Source: Mycobacteriales bacterium (lineage in GTDB: Bacteria > Actinomycetota > Actinomycetes > Mycobacteriales > Pseudonocardiaceae). From it: 64,000 nt of DNA. The notes beneath the pieces were generated by a model, which worked only from the letters and a program-made list of their open reading frames with translations, was not told where the DNA came from and searched no databases. Numbering within the stretch: the first letter of the stretch is position 1; every line of letters begins with the position of its first letter. Positions 39,713-47,076 of the stretch are shown one piece after another. A program made the translations under genes and the position numbers. Where the stretch lies: assembly GCA_038257875.1 (NCBI GenBank), contig JBBSQN010000002.1:20276-84275 (forward strand), in the 5' to 3' direction.

Positions 39713-42277
39713 TCACCGACGAGGCGTCACGCGTGTACGACTCCGCGCCTGGACTCGGAGGGCGTCGCGGATCTGCGCGTAGATGTCGGCCTGGACTGTC
39801 GTGTGCATTTCGATCGACGCGATGAGTCCGTATCGGATCGCGGAGTTGGGCCAGCCGGTAGCGATGCGGCAGTCGACGTTGACGGCGACGGCGTCGCCGG
39901 ACACGAACGCAAGGGCGGAGTTGCCCTCCAGGATCTCGTGTTGCACCGTACCTCTCCCGACCGCATGGTAATCCGCCTCGCATCGTGTGACCCCGTAGGC
40001 GTTGGCGGGTGGCTCGATCGTCAGCTTGGCCATGCGGTGGCGTTGGGACCGCGGGTTGACCGGTGATATCCACGCCAGTGTGAGCGTCAACCGGCGCCAC
40101 TCCTTTGTCGCGTGCAGCGCAGGCGGCAGTGGCAGGCTGAACTGCTGGCGCTGCTTGTCCATGATGGAACCGGCACCGAGCATAACGGCGCGGGTTCGGG
40201 CTGCGGTAGCGACACGGTGGGGATCGACCCGTCCGTATCCCAGAGCCTTCGTCAGTCCACCCCTGTTGAGCCCGAGCACGTCGGTGAGGGGAGCCGCCAG
40301 GTCTCGCCAGCTGGCGCTGTGCACCAGGAGTGCCTTGGCCAGCACCGGATGGTACTGCGGGTCCGGAAATGGGAAGCTGCTGCCTTCGGCGGTGAGTTCG
40401 TCGAGTACGTCGAAGATTCCGTGGCTCATCCGAGTGGCGAGCGCCGTCGCGTGGCTCGTGCCGACACCGTAGGCCGTGGCGTCAGCGCCGAATGTCCCAG
40501 GGGAGGCGACGAGCAAGCCGGGTCCACGAGCGGTCTGGCGGGCTCGCTGAAGCTCAACGGCGCCACGCGCCCCGGGTAGCGGGCGCTGGAACAGTTGCCG
40601 GCCACCGGGCATCAGCACTTCCGGTTTCACCGACCGCTGGTGTCCGGTACCGGCGGCACTGTAGCTGGCGGGCATCCCGCGCCCGACCGCGTCGAGCACG
40701 GTGTCCGACGGAGGAATCTCCGTCGCGTCGTCGTGAACGGCTCCGACCGTCACTACGTTGACGGCCTCGGCGGGAGACAGGAGCCGTCGGTGCCGTGCTT
40801 CTCCGTGCAGGGTGTGGAGCATCTCCTTCCGCATCCCGTCGACATCGCTCACCGCCTCGACAGAGACCACCGGTGAGCCCGGGTGGTTACCGGCGCTCAC
40901 CAGGATCAACAGGTTGTAGTGATCGGCCAGCCAGTCGAGCAGTGTGGCGAGCGGGCTGACCCGACGCACGAACACCCGTGCCGGGTCACCGAGAGACAGG
41001 TTGACGATGCGCACGCTCGGAGCTACCGCCGGATGCGTGCCGTCGCCTTCGAACATGCGGTGGAAGCAGCGGTGCAGCAGGTCGACGAGCAAGCGGTCCC
41101 GGGCGAGGGTTTCGGTGTCGAAGTACGGGTGTGGCTCCATCACAGGTCGCACGTAAAGCCGGCTGGACAGCGGCCGACCGGGTGACGATAGGTCGCCGTG
41201 ACAGATAAGCGACGCCATGGCTGTGCCGTGGTGCTGCCGAGCGCTGGTGTACCGAGAGGCGTAGTCGTCCGGATCGTCGACGAGGAGCCGGCCGGTGAGT
41301 GTCGTGTGGTTGACCAGCGGCAGGCCGTCAAGCAGCGCTGTCCGCGGCCTGCTCTCCGCGGGCAGCACGGCGTCGGCCGGAGACAGATACTCTGCCGGTT
41401 CGAGACCAGGGAGTCCCATCGGCTGAGCGGGCGCCACGAACGCGATCGTGTCGGAAACGAGCAGCGCGATCGCGTCGGGACCTTCGGCCAGGACTGTGTC
41501 GATCTGGTTGGGCGGCAGGTCCACGAGCAGCGCGTGGTACCGGATGGCCGGGATCACTGCGGAGCTCACGACGGTGCCATGGGCGTCCGCCACCAGTTGC
41601 GTAACCCGGGTCTGCACGGCAGCGCGTTTGCGATCGTCTACTCGAAACCATAGCTCGATCTCCACACGCGACAAGCCCCGGCCGCCCACGACGGCGACCT
41701 CCTCACGCCAGGCCTCCAGCAGCCCGGTCTCGCGGACCCGGTCGGCTGGCCCCCACCGGCGCACTGCCCTGAGCTGCGCGAACGCTGTCCTGAGCGGGGC
41801 CAGTCCGGCAGGGAAGGGCTCGTCTGGGTCGGCTTTCCACCGTGTGAAGAGCCGAACCAGCTCAGCGACCGCGCGTGCGTTCGACATCACCGTGTACAGC
41901 GTTTCCGGGACGGGCTGGCTGGTGGGACCCTCGGCCTTGACGATTGCGAAGTCTGCGTCGGCCTCGGCCTCGTCCTCGGTGAGCTCGGCGAGGAACTCCA
42001 GCCCGTCGATCCCGGCCACCGACCGGTGAAACTCGGTGACCGTGCCTGCCAGATCGAAGACGACGACCAGTTCAGGGTCCTGCTCATCGGTGGTCGCCAT
42101 GGTCCTGGCGCGCTCGGCCGTCAGCGCCTCGCTCAGTGCCATGAACTGGGGCTTTAACCGCTCGCCCTGACGTTGCGCTGACGGTCCGCGCGGTGGGCGA
42201 GGGAACCGTGGAGGTCCAGGAGGAATCGGCTCGCTGATCGGTGGTCCGAACGCCAGCAGTGGACGTGCGTCGGTCAT
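39713..42277 (-). CDS. ietS: S8 subtilase-domain protein with a large uncharacterised N-terminal domain (IetS-like)
   Basis: 854 aa with no signal peptide. Subtilase triad contexts: Asp (TALLDGLP), His (HHGTAMASLICH), oxyanion Asn (LVSAGNHPG) and Ser (GVGTSHATALA). It is translationally coupled to the upstream AAA ATPase gene. Confidence 0.8.
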   Translation of the reverse strand: MTDARPLLAFGPPISEPIPPGPPRFPRPPRGPSAQRQGERLKPQFMALSEALTAERARTMATTDEQDPELVVVFDLAGTVTEFHRSVAGIDGLEFLAELTEDEAEADADFAIVKAEGPTSQPVPETLYTVMSNARAVAELVRLFTRWKADPDEPFPAGLAPLRTAFAQLRAVRRWGPADRVRETGLLEAWREEVAVVGGRGLSRVEIELWFRVDDRKRAAVQTRVTQLVADAHGTVVSSAVIPAIRYHALLVDLPPNQIDTVLAEGPDAIALLVSDTIAFVAPAQPMGLPGLEPAEYLSPADAVLPAESRPRTALLDGLPLVNHTTLTGRLLVDDPDDYASRYTSARQHHGTAMASLICHGDLSSPGRPLSSRLYVRPVMEPHPYFDTETLARDRLLVDLLHRCFHRMFEGDGTHPAVAPSVRIVNLSLGDPARVFVRRVSPLATLLDWLADHYNLLILVSAGNHPGSPVVSVEAVSDVDGMRKEMLHTLHGEARHRRLLSPAEAVNVVTVGAVHDDATEIPPSDTVLDAVGRGMPASYSAAGTGHQRSVKPEVLMPGGRQLFQRPLPGARGAVELQRARQTARGPGLLVASPGTFGADATAYGVGTSHATALATRMSHGIFDVLDELTAEGSSFPFPDPQYHPVLAKALLVHSASWRDLAAPLTDVLGLNRGGLTKALGYGRVDPHRVATAARTRAVMLGAGSIMDKQRQQFSLPLPPALHATKEWRRLTLTLAWISPVNPRSQRHRMAKLTIEPPANAYGVTRCEADYHAVGRGTVQHEILEGNSALAFVSGDAVAVNVDCRIATGWPNSAIRYGLIASIEMHTTVQADIYAQIRDALRVQARSRTRVTPRR

Positions 42278-43236
42278 GAGGTCGGTTGAGCCCTCCGTTG
42301 ACGGAGCCGGCTACACACGATCTCGTTGAGGTCAGCGCTGGGAAGGGCCAGGACGTAGCGTCGCCGGACGTCGTGCGCGAACTGCTCCAGCTCGGCATAG
42401 CTGGCTCCCGGCAGCCGGTCGGCCAGCGTGCGGGGCGCCAGACCCAGGCCGCCACCGAGGTGAGCGACCAACGACTGCAGGAACCGAGTGGCCTCGGCCC
42501 GAGACGGCGGGCTTAGCGTCAGGCGCAGCTGGAAGCGTCGCCACGCGGCACGGTCGAGCAGTTCGCCGTGATTGGTGGCGCACACGACGATGACGTGTGC
42601 AGGCAGTCGGTCGATCTGCAGCAGCAGCGTGGAGACCACGCGTTTGATCTCTCCTGTCTCGTGCGTGTCGGCCCGCTCCTTGGCAAGGGTGTCGAACTCG
42701 TCGAAGAACAGCACGCAGCGGCGGGTGCGGGCGAACTCGAAGACGTGGTCGAGCCGGCCAGCCGTCTCCCCGAGGAAACTTGACACCACACCCTCGTAGC
42801 GCACAACGTAGAGCGGTAGCAGGGTCTCCGCGGCGATGGCCTCGGCGAGGCTAGTTTTGCCGTTGCCCGGCGGGCCGTCGAGCAAGATGCGGTTGCGCGG
42901 TTCGATGCCATGACTGCGCAGCAGCTCAGCTCGATGGTGCTCCTCGATCACCTCCGCGGTCGCGCTGGCTACTTCCTCGCTGAGTTGCACGTCGACGAGC
43001 CGGCGGCGAGGGACGATCTCGTGCAGCAGGTCGGCCATCGGCCGGGCGCGGTCGTCGCGGGTCAGCAGCTCTGTGCTTCCCGCGGTGGTGATCAGCTCCG
43101 ACAGCCGGTCGGCGACGAGATGGTGCTGGTTGCTGCGCTCCTCGGCAATGATCGCTTCCACCAGCACCCGAAAGCGCGCGACGTCCCCGCGCCGCTGCGC
43201 CTCGACGAGGTCGATGACCAGGTCGGACCGCGCCAT
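42274..43236 (-). CDS. ietA: AAA-family ATPase (IetA-like)
   Basis: Start ATG 43236 preceded by GGAGGGG. Walker A GPPGNGKT, Walker B VLFFDEFD, sensor-1 VVCATN and an RRF arginine region. The stop overlaps the start of the S8 gene (42274-42277). The ORF-track start at 43425 reads through repeat R3 and is unlikely. Confidence 0.8.
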   Translation of the reverse strand: MARSDLVIDLVEAQRRGDVARFRVLVEAIIAEERSNQHHLVADRLSELITTAGSTELLTRDDRARPMADLLHEIVPRRRLVDVQLSEEVASATAEVIEEHHRAELLRSHGIEPRNRILLDGPPGNGKTSLAEAIAAETLLPLYVVRYEGVVSSFLGETAGRLDHVFEFARTRRCVLFFDEFDTLAKERADTHETGEIKRVVSTLLLQIDRLPAHVIVVCATNHGELLDRAAWRRFQLRLTLSPPSRAEATRFLQSLVAHLGGGLGLAPRTLADRLPGASYAELEQFAHDVRRRYVLALPSADLNEIVCSRLRQRRAQPTS

Positions 43237-43386
43237 CACCCCTCCATCCCGCCGTAGCTCTTTGGCAACTCTACGGCGCACCCCTGTCAATGACCTGGTG
43301 CCTCGCGGCATTTGATGCTGCCGCCCACCCGTGGAAGATCGGTTCGAGCGGTAGACTGCGATGCTGAACCGGTTGAGCTGGTCGCC

Positions 43387-43418
43387 GTCAGCTCCTGAAC
43401 CGCGACGCTCCCGGATAC
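43387..43418. repeat. Repeat R3 (copy of the left half of R2)
   Basis: GTCAGCTCCTGAACCGCGACGCTCCCGGATAC. The about 70 nt to its left look like a degraded copy of the 3' end of gene X (about 65-70% identity by eye, with indels). Confidence 0.75.
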
Positions 43419-43521
43419 TGTTCACGCAGGTCGCGGACCTTCAGTGGAGCAACGGATCACTCAACGGCTCTGTGAGCTGCCGTAGGGGTCGTGTACACCA
43501 CGTGGAAGGAGCTGGGACGAC

Positions 43522-43556
43522 GGAGGCCGCGCCGTGGTGATGGGGGCGCGGCCTCC
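43522..43556 (-). terminator. GC-rich stem-loop downstream of the DUF397 gene
   Basis: 12-bp perfect stem GGAGGCCGCGCC (43522-43533) / GGCGCGGCCTCC (43545-43556) with an 11-nt loop, 18 nt beyond the stop of the minus-strand DUF397 gene. Confidence 0.5.
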
Positions 43557-43573
43557 GGTGGTGGGTTGAACGG

Positions 43574-43798
43574 TCAGGTGAGGTCGTCGAACTTGCCTGC
43601 CTTGACGCCGGTGATCCAGGCGTCCAGCTCGGCGCGGGTGAACAGGACCGCGCCCTGGTCGGGGTGGTTGCTGTTGCGCACGGCGACCCGGCCGTCTCGT
43701 AGCGGGGCGACCTCGACGCAGTCCGGGACGTCCGCGCCGCCGCCGCCGGAGAAGCTGCTCTTGCGCCACCGGGCGTGGGCCAGTGCGTCGTCGGTCAT
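43574..43798 (-). CDS. DUF397 domain protein
   Basis: 74 aa with WRKSSFSGGGG..CVEVA.....VAVRNS..P....L.FT..E..AWI..VKAG.FD, the typical DUF397 signature. Confidence 0.88.
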   Translation of the reverse strand: MTDDALAHARWRKSSFSGGGGADVPDCVEVAPLRDGRVAVRNSNHPDQGAVLFTRAELDAWITGVKAGKFDDLT

Positions 43799-43819
43799 CC
43801 CGCGACCTCCTTCAAGGGG

Positions 43820-44749
43820 TCATCCGTAGCCGTTCGCGGCATCGGTGATCAGCTTCACCGAGTCGGCCGGGGACAGGGACTGCTCGGTGAGGATACCGAA
43901 GCGCAACGTGTAGGTCCGTACGCGCTCCCGATCTTCGAGGTAGACCGCGCGGCCCGATCCCTCGGCGTAGCCGACGTCCGGCATGGGATCGGGCAGCGTC
44001 AGGATCGAGAACGGTCCCTCCAGCGCGGGGCTGGCTCCCACGGACTTCGGCAGCACCTGGATCGTGACGTGCGGGGCGTCCGCCGCCTCGACGAGCCGGC
44101 GGAGCTGGTTGCGCATCACCAGCGGCGACCCGACCGGTCGTTCGAGCACCCCGGCGTCCAGGATGGCGTGCAGCCGGGGTGGTGTGGCGCGGGTGAGGAG
44201 CTGCTGGCGGGTGAGGCGGGCGGCGACCCGCCGTTCGACCTCGCCCTCGGCGAGGTCCGGGTGGATGCCGCTGATCAGCGCGCGGGCGTACTCGGCGGTC
44301 TGGAGCAGCCCTGGCACCAGCAGCGTCTCGAACTGGCGGCGCGCCACCAGCGCGGCCTCCCACTCGAGCATCTCGTGGAAGTTCCGCGGGACGTTCTTGC
44401 GGATGTCGACCATCCAGCCGCGCTCGTTCGCGGTGCTGGCGAGCTCGAGCAGCCAGTCGCGGAGGTCCTGGTCGGTCACGCCGTAGACATCGAGCATCTG
44501 CTCCACCTCGCGCGGCTTGATGCCGTGCAGGCGGTTCTCGATGCGGGAGAGCTTGGGGCGCGACCACCTGCCCGGCCCTTTGCGCAGCTCGGCGACGACC
44601 TGGTCATGGGTGAGATCGGCCTGTTCGCGGAGCTGGCGAAGCTTCTCGGTGAGCTGCCACCGCCGGACCGTCGCGCTGACAGGGCCGCTGTCCTGGGTCA
44701 CGATCAACCTCCGCACTGACGAGTGCTGACGCACGCGTCCGTACGCCAT
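43820..44749 (-). CDS. XRE-family HTH regulator with a DUF5753-type C-terminal domain (partner of DUF397)
   Basis: HTH LRQLREQADLTHDQVVAEL..S.SKLSRIENG, followed by the C-terminal domain that commonly accompanies DUF397 genes in actinomycetes. Confidence 0.85.
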   Translation of the reverse strand: MAYGRVRQHSSVRRLIVTQDSGPVSATVRRWQLTEKLRQLREQADLTHDQVVAELRKGPGRWSRPKLSRIENRLHGIKPREVEQMLDVYGVTDQDLRDWLLELASTANERGWMVDIRKNVPRNFHEMLEWEAALVARRQFETLLVPGLLQTAEYARALISGIHPDLAEGEVERRVAARLTRQQLLTRATPPRLHAILDAGVLERPVGSPLVMRNQLRRLVEAADAPHVTIQVLPKSVGASPALEGPFSILTLPDPMPDVGYAEGSGRAVYLEDRERVRTYTLRFGILTEQSLSPADSVKLITDAANGYG

Positions 44750-44845
44750 TCGAGTGAGTATATAGACGTTCGTTTTAAATCTGGACGTCCATGTCTATCA
44801 TGATCCTACGAGGAACATCCGTGTACGTACGGTGCGTAGGAGGAC

Positions 44846-45244
44846 ATGATGGTAGCCGCGGTAGATCAAGCACCTGCACCTGAGGTCGATGGGGACCAGC
44901 GCGAGGAAGAACCGGCGGAGGACGTCGACCCGTCCGCGTTGCCCCCGCTGTGTGACGAGGCGGAGTTCACCGAGCTGCTCGACAGGATGGTGGCCAGCGC
45001 CGCACCTCGCCTGTTCGCCGTGGTCCAGGTGTACGGCGAGCGGGCGGACGCCCGGATCGCGGCGTGGGGTCTGGCGTTCGAGGACCACGCCGCCGTGATC
45101 CTCGGGGAGGGCGATGCATGCGTGCGCCTGCCCTCACCGGAGGTCGCGGTGGACGGGTTCGCCCGTCGTCCACCCCTCACCGGCCGCCTGGTGTGGGTCA
45201 GTCCCGAGGCCGCCGGCCAGCTGGACGATGACGACACCGCGTGA
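44846..45244 (+). CDS. Hypothetical acidic protein (132 aa)
   Basis: RBS AGGAGGA 1-8 nt upstream of ATG 44846. It is divergent from the XRE gene across an AT-rich spacer (44755-44815). Confidence 0.5.
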   Translation: MMVAAVDQAPAPEVDGDQREEEPAEDVDPSALPPLCDEAEFTELLDRMVASAAPRLFAVVQVYGERADARIAAWGLAFEDHAAVILGEGDACVRLPSPEVAVDGFARRPPLTGRLVWVSPEAAGQLDDDDTA

Positions 45245-45339
45245 CCGGACCCACCGACACGCCCGGACGCGCTGCTGACTGCGGGTATGCCGACCCGAGC
45301 AACGGTGGATCGCGGGAGAACCGACGAAAGGGGTGTTCT

Positions 45340-45489
45340 ATGAGCTGGGATGGGACGCGACCGACGACGACGCCGGTCGGATGGGTGTCGCTGGCCCCCC
45401 ACCGTGACGACGGGCTCACGATCCGAGGGCGCCACCACTGCCGACGGGGTCCGTATCCGCTGATCGGCCAGGAGTCGCGCCGTGGATGA
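45340..45489 (+). CDS. Hypothetical small protein (49 aa)
   Basis: ATG 45340 with AAAGGGG upstream, high third-position GC, and a stop that overlaps the next start. Confidence 0.3.
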   Translation: MSWDGTRPTTTPVGWVSLAPHRDDGLTIRGRHHCRRGPYPLIGQESRRG

Positions 45490-45706
45490 CTCCCCACTTG
45501 TCGAGTCCCTCGCCCGTCAGCGCGCCCTGGTCGACCGGGTCCTCGCCGAGCACGTCGACGACGGCAACGGCCGCTGCACGGCCTGCCCGCGCAGCGGACG
45601 GCCTGAGTGGCAGCACTGGCCATGCCGGCTACACAGCCTCGCGACCCTCGCCCACGAGAACCTGACCGCCGCCCCCGACGCCCACAGCACCGGAGGCACC
45701 CGCTGA
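45482..45706 (+). CDS. Hypothetical small Cys-containing protein (74 aa)
   Basis: GTG start overlapping the previous gene. The sequence (..GRCTACPRSGRPEWQHWPC..) has natural composition. The stop overlaps the next ATG (TGATG at 45704-45708). Confidence 0.4.
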   Translation: MDDSPLVESLARQRALVDRVLAEHVDDGNGRCTACPRSGRPEWQHWPCRLHSLATLAHENLTAAPDAHSTGGTR

Positions 45707-45984
45707 TGCTGATCCGTTCTCGCTGTCGCACGTGCGGCCGCGGCATCGACCTACCCCCCAACGGCGACCCGCCACCGCGGCTGTGCCGCCGCCACCGCAT
45801 CCGCCACCGCCTCGGCGTCCTCATCGCCACCGCCGCCACCCGGGTACGCGACGCGCTGGTCCGACCGGCTCGTCGGATGCGGCTCAGGGCCGGCGGCCGC
45901 CACCGGGCACCCGGCGCGGTGAAACCCGACAGCCCACCCCACCCCCCCCCACCCCACCCGACCCTCCCCCAGCGACTGGCGTGA
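45706..45984 (+). CDS. Hypothetical zinc-ribbon-like protein with a poly-proline tail (92 aa)
   Basis: CRTCGRGIDLPPNGDPPPRLC motif and very high third-position GC in this frame. The C-terminal PPHPPPPHP is encoded by a C-rich tract that includes a C9 run. Confidence 0.4.
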   Translation: MLIRSRCRTCGRGIDLPPNGDPPPRLCRRHRIRHRLGVLIATAATRVRDALVRPARRMRLRAGGRHRAPGAVKPDSPPHPPPPHPTLPQRLA

Positions 45985-46062
45985 CCCCTCCCCCGCAGAC
46001 GGTCCCGGACCGGATGCACGACCACCCCGGCCGGAACCTCGATTAGCCCGGAAGGCCCACCC

Positions 46063-46524
46063 ATGACCAGTGTTCCCGACACACCCCTGCACCCTGACGA
46101 CCTGCCCAGCACCGTCCCGTTGAACCGGCTCCTCGACGGCTACCTCGACCACAGCCGCAGAGTGGTCCGCGCCCGCACCCGCGCCCACGTCGAGCTCCAG
46201 TCGCAGACACGGGCCGACGTCGCCCAGTTCGCCCTGGCCGGGCTCGTGTGCGCCGGTGTCCTCGTCGACCGGGTCGCCACCGACCGCTGGCACCTCGCCC
46301 ACGAGGCACTGACCCACGGCGCCACCGTCGACGACCTCGCCACCGCCGCCGGGCTCGATATCGACGAAATACAGGTCGGCCTGGCCAGCTGGGCCGACAC
46401 CGAGCGCGCACACGGCCGACTGACCCAGAACGAGCACAACGTCATACTCGAACTGATCGAATGCGAGCAGGACGACCCGCGCCGACGTCGTCAGGGTCCG
46501 CCGACACCACGGATCAGTAGATGA
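46063..46524 (+). CDS. Hypothetical protein (153 aa)
   Basis: ATG start and natural composition. It is the last gene of the small-gene chain. Confidence 0.5.
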   Translation: MTSVPDTPLHPDDLPSTVPLNRLLDGYLDHSRRVVRARTRAHVELQSQTRADVAQFALAGLVCAGVLVDRVATDRWHLAHEALTHGATVDDLATAAGLDIDEIQVGLASWADTERAHGRLTQNEHNVILELIECEQDDPRRRRQGPPTPRISR

Positions 46525-47044
46525 CGCTGTACCACTGCGCCGTCTCGCCGGGAATCGGCGCCAACCGCACGTTCGTGCCGCCCGGGTGGTCGAACATGCG
46601 CACGCCGTCACCGAGCAGCACCGGAGCGACGAGCACCAGGATCTCATCGAGCAGCCCCGCCTCGATGCACTGCTTGGCGACGTTCGCGCCGAGAATGTTG
46701 ACGTAGTCCTTATCGCTGGCGGCCCCCTTGGCTTGCGCGACCGCGCTGTGCAGGTCGCCCACGAAGGTGACGCCCGCGGGTGGCTCGGCCGGCGGCCGGT
46801 GGGTCAGCACGAACACCGGGCCGTGGTACTCGCCGCCGTACGCGCCTTCCCTGCCGGTGCCGCGGTTCGGGTCATCGCCGCCGAAAGTTCTGTTGCCGAC
46901 CAGGATCGCGCCGAGGTTGGCCAGCAGGCGGTCCGCCGCAGGGTTCTCGCCCACAATATGCTCGGTGAGCCAGGACATGTCGCCGCCGGGGTTGGCGATG
47001 TAGCCGTCGAGCGACATGGTCGCCGAGTAGATCAGCTTGGCCAT
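46514..47044 (-). CDS. Dihydrofolate reductase-like protein (RibD C-terminal domain family)
   Basis: ATG 47044 preceded by GGAGGGAG. MAKLIYSATMSLDGYIA...GR.TF......W....V.VLTHR... is the typical pattern for this family. Confidence 0.85.
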   Translation of the reverse strand: MAKLIYSATMSLDGYIANPGGDMSWLTEHIVGENPAADRLLANLGAILVGNRTFGGDDPNRGTGREGAYGGEYHGPVFVLTHRPPAEPPAGVTFVGDLHSAVAQAKGAASDKDYVNILGANVAKQCIEAGLLDEILVLVAPVLLGDGVRMFDHPGGTNVRLAPIPGETAQWYSVIY

Positions 47045-47076
47045 GGTTCTCCCTCCGCAGGTCACCAGGCCGGTAG

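Noticed and set aside
37806-43418. R1/R2/R3 repeats considered as tRNA-gene fragments (classical att sites)
   Set aside because: None of the repeats folds into a tRNA cloverleaf or contains T-loop or anticodon-arm signatures. The left repeat instead overlaps the 3' end of a small protein-coding ORF.
42274-43425. Longer 383-aa version of the AAA ATPase starting at 43425
   Set aside because: The extra 63 codons read through repeat R3 and have an unnatural composition. The internal ATG at 43236 has a strong GGAGGGG RBS and begins a sensible helical N-terminus.
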